Part shown: piece by piece, positions 1 to 14,165 of the stretch | Position numbering within the stretch: position 1 is the first letter of the stretch | Layout of the letters: each line of letters begins with the position of its first letter | From: Haliotis rufescens | Lineage: Eukaryota | Direction of reading: 5' to 3' | Length of the DNA stretch: 64,000 nt | Assembly: GCF_023055435.1 (NCBI RefSeq) | Contig: NW_025963890.1 | Coordinates: forward strand, 48,112,001-48,176,000 | Notes under the pieces: model-generated | Database searches by the model: none | What the model was told of the DNA's origin: nothing | The model's input: only the letters and a program-made list of their open reading frames with translations | Program-made: the position numbers and the translations under genes

Positions 1-742
1 TGTGAGCCCTCAACCCCAACACCTTGGTGTGGCATGCCTACAACCCAGTACCTAGTTATCGTGGGCCTACAATCAAATACCTAAGTGTGCCACGCCTACA
101 CCCCAGTACCTAGGTATTGTGGGCCTACAACCCAGTACCTAGGTATTGTGGGCCTACAACCCAGTACCTAGGTATTGTTGGCTTACAACCCAGTACCTAG
201 GTATTGTGGGCCTACAACCCAGTACCTAGGTATCGTGGGCCTACAACCCAGTACCTAGGTATTGTGGGCCTACAACCCAGTACCTCGGTATTGTGGGCCT
301 ACAACCCAGTACCTAGGTATTGTGGGCTTACAACCCAGTACCTAGGTATTGTGGGCCTACAACCCAGTACCTAGGTATCATTGGCTTACAACCCAGTACC
401 TAGGTATTGTGGGCCTACAACCCAGTACCTAGGTATTGTGGGCCTACACCCCAGTACCTAGGTATCATTGGCTTACAACCCAGTACCTAGGTATTGTGGG
501 CATACAACCCAGTACCTAGGTATTGTGGGCCTACACCCCAGTACCTAGGTATTGTGAGCCCTCAACCCCAACACCTTGGTGTGGCATGCCTACAACCCAG
601 TACCTAGTTATCGTGGGCCTACAATCAAATACCTAAGTGTGCCACGCCTACACCCCAGTACCTAGGTCTCGTGGGCCTACAACCCAGTTTCTAGGTATCA
701 TTGGCTTCCAACCCAGTACCTAGGTATCATTGGCTAGGTATC
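1..742. repeat. 29-bp minisatellite
   Basis: Unit CTACAACCCAGTACCTAGGTATTGTGGGC containing palindrome TACCTAGGTA; a variant block at 1-130 recurs at about 553-680. Confidence 0.95.
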
Positions 743-827
743 ATCCCCACTATTTGTTGTTTGTAAGCATTAGTTATTGTAAAGGTTTTTACGTTTGTCA
801 CTGAACAACAGTATCATACTAAAGACA

Positions 828-989
828 GTGAGTGAGTTGGTGAGTGAGTATCGTTTTACGCCGCTTGTAGCAATATTCCAGCAATATCACAGCGGGGGAC
901 ACCTGAAAGTGAGCTCCACACATTGTATCGAACCCGGGCCTTCGGCGTGAAGAGCGAATACACAAACCACGAGCTGACCCAACTGCCCC
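828..989 (-). mobile_element. tRNA-derived SINE family A
   Basis: B box GGTTCGAT, body GTACAATGTGTG-like, tail GCTGGAATATTGC...GCGGCGTAAAAC + (ACTC)n. Confidence 0.75.
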
Positions 990-1025
990 AACAAAAGACA
1001 AACTGATACAGCAAAGTGTTCTTAC

Positions 1026-4000
1026 CGCACTACTATCTCGTGTCATTAATCCAAACATGAATTTCAGATGGGCCCAGCCTCCACAATGTTTGGTCAAGAA
1101 AACCGTAAAACTGTCCGCAGAAGGGCGCATCACCATCTTGTCTTGAGTAGTGTCTAATTTGCATATAAACATCATCATGTCCATATACTCCATGGCTTCC
1201 AGTCTCCGCCAGCCTGCAACATCGACACATACTTTGTCAGGAGCAAGACACTTCAACTTAATAGAATACCTACATAATAAACATGTCATAACAGCAAGAC
1301 ACTTCAACTTAACAGAATACCTACATGACAAACATGTCATAACAGCAATACACTTCAACTTAACAGAATACCTACATGATAAACAACCGCTGTCATAAAG
1401 CGGGAGTATTTCTGAGTGTGGCGTTAAACAACAAACAATCAAACAAACATGATAAACATGACCTAACAGCTTTTTACTTCAACTTAACAGAATACCTACA
1501 TGACAAACATGTCATAACAGCTATACACTTCAACTTAACCGAATACCTACATAATAAACATGTCATAACAGCTATACATGTCCCCTATCTGATGGTAACT
1601 TAACAGAATACCTACATGACAAACATGTCATAACAGCTATACACTTCAACTGTAGCAGAATACCTACATAATAAACATGACATAAGAGCTATACACTTCA
1701 GCTGTAGCAGAATACCTACATGACAAACATGTCATAACAGCTATACACTTCAACTTAACAGAATATCTACATGATAAACATGCCATAACAGCTATACACT
1801 TCAACTGTAGCAGAATACCTACATAATAAACATGACATAAGAGCTATACACTTCAGCTGTAGCAGAATACCTACATGACAAACATGTCATAACAGCTATA
1901 CCCTTCAACTGTAGCAGAATACCTACATAATAAACATGACATAAGAGCTATACACTTCAGCTGTAGCAGAATACCTACATGACAAACATGTCATAACAGC
2001 TATACACTTCTACTGTAGCAGAATACCTACATGGTGACATAACAGCTATACACTTCTACTGTAGCAGAATACCTACATAATAAACATGTCATATCAGCTA
2101 TACAATTCAACTGTGGCAGAATACCTACATGATGACATAACAGCTATACACTTCAACTGTAACAGAATACCTACATGATAAACATGACATAACAGATATA
2201 CACTTCAACTGTAGCAGAATACCTACATGATGACATAACAGCTATACATATACACTTCAACTGTAGCAGAATACCTACATAATAAACATGACATAACAGC
2301 TATACACTTCAGCTGTAGCAGAATACCTACATAATAAACATGACATAACAGCTATACACTTCAACTGTAGCAGAATACCTACATAATAAACATGTCATAA
2401 CAGCTATGCACTTCAGCTGTAGCAGAATACCTACATAATGACATAACAGCTATACACTTCTACTGTAGCAGAATACCTACATGATAAACATGACATAACA
2501 GCTATACACTTCAACTGTAGCAGAATACCTACATAATAAACATGACATAACAGCTATACACTTCAGCTGTAGCAGAATACCTATATAATAAACATGTCAT
2601 AACAGCTATACACTTCTACTGTAGCAGAATCACTACATAATGACATAACAGCTATACGCTTCTACTGTAGCAGAATACCTACATGATGAACATGTCATAT
2701 CAGCTATACACTTCAACTGTAGCAGAATACCTACATGATAAACATGACATAACAGATATACACTTCAACTGTAGCAGAATACCTACATGATAAACATGAC
2801 ATAACAGCTATACATATACACTTCAACTGTAGCAGAATACCTACATGATACACATGACATAACAGCTATACACTTCAGCTGTAGCAGAATACCTACATAA
2901 TAAACATGACATAAGAGCTATACACTTCATGGGTATTGATGGTTGTATGGTCCCCTGTCTGATGGGTATTGGTGGGTGTAGGGTCCCTGTCTGTTTAGTA
3001 TTGGTAGTTGTAGAGTCCCCTGTCTGATGGGTATTGGTGGGTCTTTGGTCCCCTTTCTGATAGATGGGTTTTGGTGGGTGTAGGGTACCATGTCTGTTAA
3101 GTATTGGTAGTTGTAGAGTCCCCTGTCTGATGGGTATTGGTGGGTGTTTGGTCCCCTTTCTGATAGATGGGTTTTGGTGGGTGTAGGGTACCATGTCTGT
3201 TAAGTATTGGTAGTTGTAGAGTCCCCTGTCTGATGGGTATTGGTGGGTGTTTGGTCCCCTTTCTGATAGATGGGTTTTGGTGGGTGTAGGGTACCATGTC
3301 TGTTAAGTATTGGTAGTTGTAGAGTCCCCTGTCTGATGGGTATTGGTGGGTGTTTGGTCCCCTTTCTGATAGATGGGTTTTGGTGGGTGTAGGGTACCAT
3401 GTCTGTTAAGTATTGGTAGTTGTAGAGTCCCCTGTCTGATGGGTATTGGTGGGTGTTTGGTCCCCTTTCTGATAGATGGGTTTTGGTGGGTGTAGGGTAC
3501 CATGTCTGTTAAGTATTGGTAGTTGTAGAGTCCCCTGTCTGATGGGTATTGGTGGGTGTTTGGTCCCCTTTCTGATAGATGGGTTTTGGTGGGTGGTGGG
3601 TACCATGTCTGTTAAGTATTGGTAGTTGTAGAGTCCCCTGTCTGATGGGTATTGGTGGGTGTTTGGTCCCCTTTCTGATAGATGGGTTTTGGTGGGTGTA
3701 GGGTACCATGTCTGTTAAGTATTGGTAGTTGTAGAGTCCCCTGTCTGATGGGTATTGGTGGGTGTTTGGTCCCCTTTCTGATAGATGGGTTTTGGTGGGT
3801 GTAGGGTACCATGTCTGTTAAGTATTGGTAGTTGTAGAGTCCCCTGTCTGATGGGTATTGGTGGGTGTTTGGTCCCCTTTCTGATAGATGGGTTTTGGTG
3901 GGTGTAGGGTACCATGTCTGTTAAGTATTGGTAGTTGTAGAGTCCCCTGTCTGATGGGTATTGGTGGGTGTTTGGTCCCCTTTCTGATAGATGGGTTTTG

Positions 4001-7000
4001 GTGGGTGGTGGGTACCATGTCTGTTAAGTATTGGTAGTTGTAGAGTCCCCTGTCTGATGGGTATTGGTGGGTGTTTGGTCCCCTTTCTCATAGATGGGTT
4101 TTGGTGGGTGTAGGGTACCATGTCTGTTAAGTATTGGTAGTTGTAGAGTCCCCTGTCTGATGGGTATTGGTGGGTGTTTGGTCCCCTTTCTGATAGATGG
4201 GTTTTGGTGGGTGGTGGGTACCATGTCTGTTAAGTATTGGTGGGTGTAGAGTCCCCTGTCTGATAGATGGGTTTTGGTGGGTGGTGGGTACCATGTCTTT
4301 TAAGTATTGGTGGGTGTAGTGTCCCCTGTTTTATGGGTATTGGTGGGTTTAGGGTCCCTTGTCTGATAGATGGGTTTGGGTGGGTGGTGGGTACCATGTC
4401 TGTTAAGTATGGTAGGTGTAGAGTCCCCTGTCTGATGGATATTGGTGGGTTTAGGGTCCCCTGTCTGATAGATGGGTTTTGGTGGGTGGTGGGTACCATG
4501 TCTGTTAAGTATTGGTGGGTGCAGTGTCCCTTGTCTGATAGATGGGTTTTGGTGGGTGTTTGGTACCATGTCTTTTAAGTATTGGTGGGTGTAGAGTCCC
4601 CTGTCTGATGGCCTCCTGGAGGGAGATGATGTTGTCCAATTCATCAATACTTGCCATGCTCAGCACAAAACATCGCCTGAACACTACACGTTGTGAATTG
4701 AACAACACAGGTCCAACATTAGTATTCTCTCCACAGACTGTAATGGGAATGTCTTCTTTGATAAATTTGTTTGTTTGTTGTTTAAACGCCGCACTCAGCA
4801 ATATTCCAGCTATATTACAGCAGTCTGTAAATAATCAATTCGTGACCAGACAATCCAGTGATTGACATCATGAACATTGATCTACGCAATTGGGATACGA
4901 TGACATGCATCAAGCAAGTCAGCGTGCCTGCCTACCCAATCCCGTTAGTCACCTCATATGCCTGGCATAGTCGTCTTTTGTGGCAAGCATGGGTTGCTGA
5001 AGACCTATTCTAACCCAGGTCTTCCAGGTATACTGCAATATGTATTTATATGATTTATGCTTCATCTAACACTTAGAAAAGGAAGGTTTCTTGCTGTTCA
5101 CAGTACCTTTCTCAGGGAGGGAGGCAGCTGCTCCTTCTGAATCAGCTCTGAAACATACAATGTTGCAGCGTGAAGCATTAAACACAGTGTCGTACAATGT
5201 TTATAATTTTATACAAAATGTTACAATAAGAGGCAAGAAATGCAAACTGTTATCCAAAATGTTGCACTAAGAGGTCTGAAACACAGTGTCATACAAAGTT
5301 GCAATAAGAGGCCTGTTCAACCAGGAAAATTAATTTTGCTTCCCTACAGTTAGAGGTTCAGAAACAGAGTAGCTCACCAACACTTCGTCTTGTCAGAACT
5401 TAAAGTTGACACAATGATGATTTAGTGGTCATTGTTTACTGTGACATGGCTGTTTTGCATTTCACATTTCCTCAATAATATTGAAACCTGATCATGCATT
5501 TTACCTCCAAATTACCTGGGACTCGATTATTTACTGTAAATCGTGAAATTAATGCGTCTCCAAAAGAATGCGACCGCTGGCCCCTAGTCAATAATGCGAC
5601 TCAATATGAATGCGACACCCCCTCCTCTCAAGCATCAGTGGATTTATATCTTAACAAAATGTCCTCTGTCAGGTTTACAGGAGAATCCTCACCCTCATCC
5701 AACCTTACATTAATCCAATCACACACCAAATAGCACCGCTCATTAGCACTGATTAGAGTACTTCCGCTAAAACAATACATGTGCGCTGGCTCGTGTCGGC
5801 ATTTGACGCAGTCGCAAAGAACAAAGACACCGTGTTGCGTGGGTGGCGTCTGTCTGGACTTGCAGGTGTGATCAACGATGACCTAAGTGTGTAGAACTCT
5901 TGTCTTGACCCCAGCAGGGACAATTCACAGGATGTACCGTATTCGACGTAATAAGCGCCCCGCTCTAATAAGCGCCCACGGCGATATCTGCTAATATATT
6001 GGCTCGTGAACAATCCCAATGTGCACCCTTTCCGATTGATCAATGTACACAATACTTATTTATTCGCGTATACTACGCACTCGTGTGTTATATGCACCCT
6101 TAATTATGGGCAATTAAATTCTGGAAAAATATATCTCTCGTATATAAACATTCCAGGCTGTCAGCATAAACCACGAAATTTATCTTTCAACTCAACTCAA
6201 CAAAATAATATTCTAATGAGAGCCCCATATTTCTAATTTTGAGAGCGCCCTGGGCGCTTATTACGTCGAATACGGTAATTACTGTTTGAATGGAATTGTT
6301 TATATACTTGTTACAAGTGCTGCTCAATAAACAGTGATGTGAAATACATAGTTGTTCGTTTTCAGCGTATGTCTGAGTTGGTATTTCTGCTATCCAAAAT
6401 GTCTTATTGTTGATATAAATGCGTTGTTTAATAATGCGAGCAAAGACCACTCGCATTTTTGCATTTAATTCATGCTCGCGTTAATTTCAAGATTTAGAGT
6501 ACATGCAGCCTTGATATCACTGGGATATTGCTGACTTGCATTTTGACAACAATCACTCACTCACACAATATAACTTGGTCCTTCATGCTCGGTGAGCTAA
6601 ACAACCAATGCCTTCATCTTTGATATTTCGACATTATTACACATCACTTACTTTTCTTGGCTGTCATCTCCAACTGTCTTTTCCATCACATGGATTTCTG
6701 GTTCATAAACTGACTTCTTGCTGAACGAATGAGTCAATATCACATCTGGAAATGTTTCAACACAGAAGTATCAGCTCATTTTCTCTTCTGTACCAGGAGA
6801 CTTTCTCTCAAGCTGATTTGTTTAGTGCCATGGTTACTACTCTGCAAGTCAGAGAACAGTGAATATCTCTAAGGGCTAGTGGGGCACGGGTGACCCAGTC
6901 GTCTAAGGCGCCGAGATTTGTTGTGCAGAGTTGCGTCCCTATGATTGTGGGTTCGAATCCCCGTTTTCCCCGATAATGTTTCTAGGTTTGTCAGCACCAT

Positions 7001-10000
7001 ACCCGTGCTCGTGGGTTTCACCGAAGTGGTAAACGTCTGAGACCTGCATCACTTCGGGCTTTCCTCCCACATTAAGCTGACACGCCGTGATATAACTGGA
7101 ATACTGTCAAAAGCTGCGTAAAACCCAACTCGCTAACTCACTCACTACGGGCTAGTTCCATGGTTACAGATTATAAATATGGTATTCACATCACTGGACA
7201 AGACATCTTCCCGAGGCAAGGGAGTTAACTGACTTTAGAAGTCCAGTTTCCACCCTTGCCGAACTAGGCTGGAATTCCTGGGCTCGATCGTAGTGCCACC
7301 AGTGGTTATTACGAGTTATGTCCCTTCTAAGCCTCTCCTATGGACCAATCAGATTCCACCTCTTGTATAAATTCCATTTGTTTCAAACAAAATGGCGGCG
7401 CCTAGTCAAGACAATCTGATCGATAATCAAGATCTATATTGTGCATCAAATCACGTGAGCACCTTGATAAAAAACATGAAAAGATTTGGAAAATATCTGT
7501 TGATGAATTGGAAGTGCACATGCTTTGCAAATCATGCAATTGACCGAAATCTGCACAACAGTTTACTAACCGGATTTCGATGTCGTTGCACGATTTTGAT
7601 TGGACTATGCATAGACTCGTTAGTCTAGCCAAAATGTAACTCCATAATACCAGCCTATTTCGACAAGGGTGGAAACTGGACTTTTGTAGTCAGTTAACTC
7701 CCTTGCCTCGGGAAGATGTGGACAAGCAGGTTGTGACTGATGGTCTCTGGTTTTTAACAGTAAGTAATGCAGAAAACTGGAGCCTCAGAGCCTCAGAGCC
7801 TCAGAGCCTGTTTTAATGTTGGGAAGTTGGCTTGCCACATTCCACATGGACTCACTAGCAGAGAAAATGTAAAACAGTAGCATTGTCACGAGGCATCACA
7901 AAGTTTCATCTAAAAAGTTACCTGAATAACTTTAATATGCGTATCATTCAAATAATGAATCTGTATCCAAATTCAAACAAGTATTTACATGGTGTTCATA
8001 ATCAAGACGTGCTACAGATATGACTATTACAGAGTCACAGACATCAAACAGACATCAGACATGACTCAGAGACATTAAATATGACTCACAGATACCAGAC
8101 ATGACTGCAAACACCAGACATAACTCATATACAAAAGATATGACCGAAAGACCACAGACATGACTCACAGACATTAAATATGACTCACAGATACCAGACA
8201 TGACTGCAAACACCAGAAATGACATTACTTACAGACACAAGAATAGCTTCAGACATCAGACATGACTACAGATCTCATGACTTTGACATCAGACATGACT
8301 CACCGACACCAGACTAGAATCAGACACCAGACATGACTCACAAACATCAGACATGACTCCGACACCAGACATGACTCACAGACACCCGACATGACTCAGA
8401 CACCAGACATGACTCACAGACATAAGACATGACTCCGACACCAGACATGAGTCACAGACACCAGACACGACACACAGATACCAGACAAGACTCACAGAAA
8501 CCAGGCATGACTCCTACACCAAACATGACTCACAGACATAAGATATGACTCACAGACACCAGACATGACACAGACATCAGACATGTCTCACAGACACCAG
8601 ACACGACACAGACATCAGACATGTCTCACAGACACCAGACATGACACAGACATCAGACATGACACACAGACACCAGACATGACTCACAGACACCAGACAT
8701 GACACACAGACACCAGACATGACACAGACACCAGACATGACACAGACACCAGACATGACACACAGACACCAGACACGACACACAGACACCAGACATGTCT
8801 GACAGACACCATACATGACACAGACATCAGGCATGACTCACAGACACCAGACATGACACAGACATCAGACATGTCTGACAGACACCATACATGACACAGA
8901 CATCAGACATGACTACTGCTGTGTATCAGATATCAGATAACTGATCATCACTCACATGGATATCGGAAAGTTTTCATCCATCTTTTCTCCTCCGTCTTCT
9001 TAATCACTGCAGAAGTGAAGCCGTGAGCAAACAGTAGGCCACTGTAAGACAGCAACTTGCCGGGCTCGTAGATACCAAATATATTGAAACCAGTTGTCTC
9101 CCCTGAAGAAGACGTTTTTCTTAAAGTATCGATAAAATCAAGGAGAAAAGAATGACAATGTTATGTTTTGTTTTGTTTTGTTTGTTAGCTTGTTGTTTAA
9201 CGCGGCACTCAGCAATATTCCAGCTATATGACGGCGGTCTGTACATAATCAAGTCTGGAACAGACAATCCAGTGATTGACATCATCAGCATCGATCCACA
9301 CAATTGGGACAAGATGACGTGCATCAACCAAGTCTGCAAGCTTAACCACCGATCCCGTTTTTAGCCTCTTACGATAAGTATGGGTTGCTGAAGACCTATT
9401 CTAATCTGGATATTCACGGTTGGAATGAGGTAGAGATATCAAGGCATATCAGCTTCATGTGGAAGGACAGCCCATGTTGGTCACACCCATGAGTAAGGTA
9501 CAAGGTATCTATTAAATCAAGACCCGTGAAGGTCCTGGGTAGAATAGGTCTTCAGCAACCCAAGTTTGCCGTAAAAGGCGACCATGCTTGTCGTAGGAGG
9601 GGACTAACGGGTGGTCAGCCTCGCTGACTTGGTTGAAACATGTCATCGATCCCAATTGCGTGGATTGATGCTCGTTATATCAATCACTGGATTGTCTGGT
9701 CCAGACTCGATTATTTACAGACCGCCGTCATATAGCCTATTAAATCAAAGATAACACAGAAGAATGTTGGATTTGTTTCTTGTTAAACATGCACTCAACA
9801 ATATTCCAGCTATGTGACTGGACCAGACAATCCAGTGACTGACATCACAAGCATATAATGACATGCAATCATCCAAGTTACCGATGTTGACTTGATTATT
9901 TCCCAGATAGCTGAATATTGCTGAGTGCAGCGTTAAACACCAAATAAATAAATAGATAAACACTGGCAGTCACTGTTGAATGGTACTATGGAAGAAAGAT

Positions 10001-13000
10001 GTTCGTTTAGTTTCATCACGTACCTCTGATAACATGTAATATTGCTGTCTCTATGTCTATCACGCCTGTTGCCATACCACAAAGTCCATTGCCAGTGCCT
10101 GAAGATATCACAAGAACATGTACATCACATCACCCCCTTGAGTAAAACTCTCCAGCACTCTAGTATTGACCACATCTTACTAATTTAACACCTACATTTC
10201 TCATTGTAACACGCTCCAATAACAACATACAGCAAAGGCATCAAGTCTTGTAACCACGGTAACATACAAGACCTGAAAATATATTTATTGAAGTTTTGAT
10301 TTCTGGTTAAAAATTATTTTTAGACATATTTTTATTCAAAATTAGGTCCCTTTACACAAAGCGATCGAAAGCCTATCTTAAAGTGTGGGTGTCACGATTA
10401 TTATTAATTGAAGACAATGTAAACAAGCATGAAATACTCACATCCCCTGCCATTATGACATGTCCGGTTGTGTGCAAGGCATTAGACCTCCGGAAACAAG
10501 CACTACCACCATTTTTAGTCTAAGTCAAAGTCATTGCTCTTGAAACTCGAAAAATAAATTGTTCAAACATCCCAAACTAACCAAAGGCACCAATTTACCA
10601 CTAGGCCTATCAATGTGCCAAGTTTGGTGAAGAAATATTGTACGGTTTTCAAGATCTGCTCCAGAAAAGAGCACTAGCACGATTTTCAGTCTAAGTCAAA
10701 GTCGTTGCCGTGGAAACTCAAAAAATACATTTTTTTTAAATCCCAAACTATCGAAAGGCACCAATTCTCCACTAGACCTATCTACGTGCCAAGTTTGATT
10801 AAGTTATCTCTCATGGTTTTTGAGTTCTGCTCTGGAAACGAAACTTGACGGACACATGGATGGACGGAAAGAAGGACAGACTGAAAGACAGAAGGATGGA
10901 AGGATGGATGGACAGCACCCATTCCTATATCCCCCTTCCACTTTATGGCGGGAGATAATAATATTGTTACGTATCACAAGAGAAATTGCTCTGACTTAAC
11001 AATATAATATATTACGTGTTCCATACTGTACCAATGAAAACATGATGTACACTCTTTTAACAAGACACAAGGTAATACATCTCAGTCACACTAAGCCTGT
11101 CATTGTGTCTGTGTAATACAAGCAACAAGCACCTGCTGGAATGATGCCAAACTTGATATCTAACGGCTTGAGGACAGACTCTGGATTATTGACGTCGATG
11201 CCAGCCTCTTTCTGGTTCCGTTGGATGAGCGTGTTGAGTGCCTCCTGGTACATCCCGTCTCCTCCCACTGTCACGATGCTGGACACACACAAAACTGCTG
11301 ACATGAGAAATCAACCTCTGGACACCTCCTCGACACAGGCTCTGGTGTACATGTGTCATATTGAAACTTTTTTCACAATTTAAAAAAAAAAATGTATTTC
11401 CCATATACATGTACATATACAGCAATAAGTGTCGTATACATCGCAGAGTATTCATACCACCATAACCATTTTCATGTAGATTAGAGGGTATTTGTACCAA
11501 CATACCAATAGTGTTCATATACACATACAAGCTTATTCGAAACTTGTTTAGGTCAATATATTCCATTTACACATATACATTGTGTAACGCTCAGTGTAGA
11601 TCCCAACTTTTAATAATTATTGTTATAAAGTTCATATTTCTTTTATCTTAATATGGTAACACCATGAACATTTGTCATACTCTCACCCTTCCACTTTAGA
11701 GAAGTCAAAGTTATTTATGATTTCCTCTGTATGTTTTGCCCTCTCTGTTACTGCAATAGAGAATGTTTTTAAAAAATAATGTACCGGTAGTCTCCAGCAA
11801 AGTCAAGGCAGTAAACGGAAGTTTGATAATGCCTCCAGAAAAACATTATAATTACTGCAATTTCTGAAATTGTTTCACATTTCCTTATTATGCATGATGA
11901 GTGAGTGAAATGGGCTTTACACATTGTACCCATGTCGGGATTCGAACCCAGGTCTTCGGCGTGACGAGCGAACGCTTTAACCACTAGGCTACGGACCGCC
12001 CCTATGCATGATGAGAAATCCAATCTTTCATTAGCTCTTAAATAAACACCTTTATAAATAACAATTATAGTAACATTCTCTGCCTTGACCAACCAATACT
12101 ACATTGAGATAGATGTGGCACTTTGTCAACTATTCAACATATACTAAAGATCAACCAGTGTTACACTCTGATATGTGTTTGTTACAATTATTGTTCAGAT
12201 ATTTCCCCATTCACAAAGATTGCATATATCTATGACACCCCCTGTCCAGATAATTTTTCGTCAGGCCAATCATTACTACAGTTGTTTAGACATTGGTATA
12301 ATACCCAGCTGTTCAACACACTATATGCTTCACAATGAAAGTATATTATTTACCAAAAAAACTATCTAGCTTCATATATTAAAATGACATCATAATTCTG
12401 TAATGGGGAACATGAATATCTTCATAGACTTGAATGTTTAAATTAAAAGGAATGAAAATTTCTTAATTCTGTTTAAAATAAAACATGGTACTGACTGAAA
12501 ACATGAGTATCAATCCCTGCCGTCTTGAAGAAGCCAGCCACCTTCTCCTCATAGATCTGTCGACCTTGACCCTTGCCCCCGATTGGGTTCACTATCACAA
12601 GCAGGCTTTTAGGGGTCGCTGAACAAAACAGAACAAACAACAAATTATATTGGAAGTGTTGGTATTCATCTTTCATCAAATTCTGTCATGACGTCCACCA
12701 CAAGCAGAGAAACCCACCTGGTCGATACTTGGCTTGTATCTGGACAACCCATGCACTGACGTCACCTTCCTTCACATCAAACTTCTTCTCAGCTGCTCTC
12801 CACTTCATATCCTTTCTGCGGGATATAAAGTGGATGGTGAAGCTCTTGCCCTCACCATTCACCTGAGTTGTCTCCCCCAGGCCATCTGTTCCCAGGCCGT
12901 AGATGTCACTCCACGGGAGGCTGACCTCTACATTGAAGCAGGGTATATGATGATTCATTGAAAGGAATGTTTGTTTAAATTAGGAAATTGCATGTGAATT

Positions 13001-13871
13001 ATGTGAGCCACATGTTTAAGACACACAAATACTGGGATCATCAATATGATATGCACAATATTTCTTTATACACCAAGGTAATGCTGAAAATACAGAACAT
13101 ACCGTGCTTCCTCGATTAAATGCCGGACTGCAAATACATATCGAGATCTCGAATAAACACCAGGCCTTTATGAAGTTAGTTTTTATACACACAATTCTCC
13201 CATTATTATCTTTGCGATTAAATGCTGGGGGTAAAGAGTGTCTTAAAGATATATGCGCCTGGGCGTTTAATTGAGGAAAAACTGTACTTAAGATTTTAAT
13301 GTTTGAGACCATGTACTTTCCTAAACTGCAATATGATATATACCGTAAACTAGAGTGAATGTGTGAGTGAGAAGTATGTTATTTTCTGTAAAAAAAAACA
13401 CAACAAAGTAAGATGTACTGATAAGTTGTGCTTTATGTCATGGGCTTTCTGCTACCCTGGACGGAAGCCCATTTATGTAACAGGTGCATCTTTCTAAAAA
13501 CAATAAAAGAAAGAAAAAAAACACACACAAAAAATTGAGGAAAAACGGTAGTAATGTGGTTTGTTGTTTAATGCTGCACTCAGCAATGTTCAAGCTGTAT
13601 GACAGCGGTTTATAAATAGTCAAGTCTGAACCAGAAATTTCAATGATTGACATCATGAGCATCAATCCACACATTTAGGATTATCTCCCTTGAACTGCTA
13701 GTGTCTGGCATGAAGGGAACAGTGTATACCATCTAGGGGGCAGCAGCTACCTGTGGGTTCCTTCTTCTGATTGGTCAGCTGCCAGCGTAGGCCGTCAGGT
13801 GACAGGTGTACACTGTATTCCTGTCCACCACTCAGCAGATCCCCACTCAACAACTCAGGTGCCTCCGCCAT
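1026..13871 (-). CDS. Ceramide kinase-like protein, copy A (PH + DAGKc domain); 3' end lies beyond the window start
   Basis: Ten GT-AG exons with consistent phases: 13871-13751, 12927-12718, 12618-12496, 11750-11687, 11278-11133, 10098-10024, 9102-8956, 6745-6652, 5147-5107, 1213-1026. Motifs: VIVNPIGGKGQG, TERAKH, VTVGGDG, GIIPAGTGNG, EKRWMKTFRYP, typical of the CERK/sphingosine kinase family. Confidence 0.88.
1240..2928. repeat. 51-bp minisatellite
   Basis: Unit CTTCAACTGTAGCAGAATACCTACATRATAAACATGACATAACAGCTATACA with length variants. Confidence 0.95.
2929..4610. repeat. 103-bp G/T-rich higher-order minisatellite
   Basis: About 12 near-identical 103-bp units, each made of three related subunits. 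Confidence 0.95.
5937..6275. mobile_element. Tc1/mariner-pogo-type MITE (TA TSD)
   Basis: Perfect TIR CCGTATTCGACGTAATAAGCGCCC with TA flanks. Appears nested in an older MITE at about 5533-6500. Confidence 0.8.
6881..7146 (+). mobile_element. SINE family C
   Basis: Same sequence as 17793; TSD gggctagt. Confidence 0.85.
7203..7719. mobile_element. MITE with long TIRs, 7-8 bp TSD
   Basis: ACATCTTCCCGAGGCAAGGGAGTTAACTGACT... with its reverse complement at the right end; flanks (t)ggacaag duplicated. Confidence 0.8.
8020..8915. repeat. About 18-22-bp CAGACATGAC-type minisatellite
   Basis: Repeated CAGACATGACTCACAGACAC variants. Confidence 0.9.
10420..10960 (+). mobile_element. Helentron/HINE (DINE-1-like) non-autonomous element
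   Basis: Tandem core repeats, GGAC/GGAT microsatellite, and a 3' hairpin ATCCCC...GGGAGATAA followed by A/T. Similar structures at about 51063-51450 and 59090-60090. Confidence 0.5.
11900..12002 (-). mobile_element. SINE family A (internally deleted)
   Basis: A/B boxes; TSD tatgcatgatgag. Confidence 0.75.
13102..13294. mobile_element. Degenerate TA-MITE
   Basis: taccgtgcttcctcgattaaatgcc ... ggcgtttaattgaggaaaaactgta imperfect TIR. Confidence 0.5.
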
Positions 13872-13879
13872 TACCACAC

Positions 13880-14165
13880 AAGTCGACTCCTGTCTTCCTG
13901 GGCTGGAGGAGAAACATATCCATGTAGCTACAGCCTATTATATGTGACACTTACCTCCACACAAGTCGGCTGCTGTCTTCCTGGGCTGGAGGAGAAACAT
14001 ATCCATGTAGCTACAGCCTATTATATGTGACACTTACCTCCACACAAGTCGGCTGCTGTCTTCCTGGGCTGGAGGAGAAACATATCCATGTAGCTACAGC
14101 CTATTATATGTGACACTTACCTCCACACAAGTCGGCTGCTGTCTTCCTGGGCTGGAGGAGACACA
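13880..14165. repeat. 83-bp tandem repeat containing acceptor and donor motifs
   Basis: Unit starts at 13898, 13981, 14064, 14147; degenerate homologue at 21250-21440. Confidence 0.9.

Noticed and set aside
2841-4647. Series of identical 66-aa ORFs
   Set aside because: Products of the 103-bp intronic repeat; no splice or homology support.
4613-4760. Short coding-like patch (KEDIPITVCGE...)
   Set aside because: Possibly a LINE 3' remnant, but too degenerate to call without a search.
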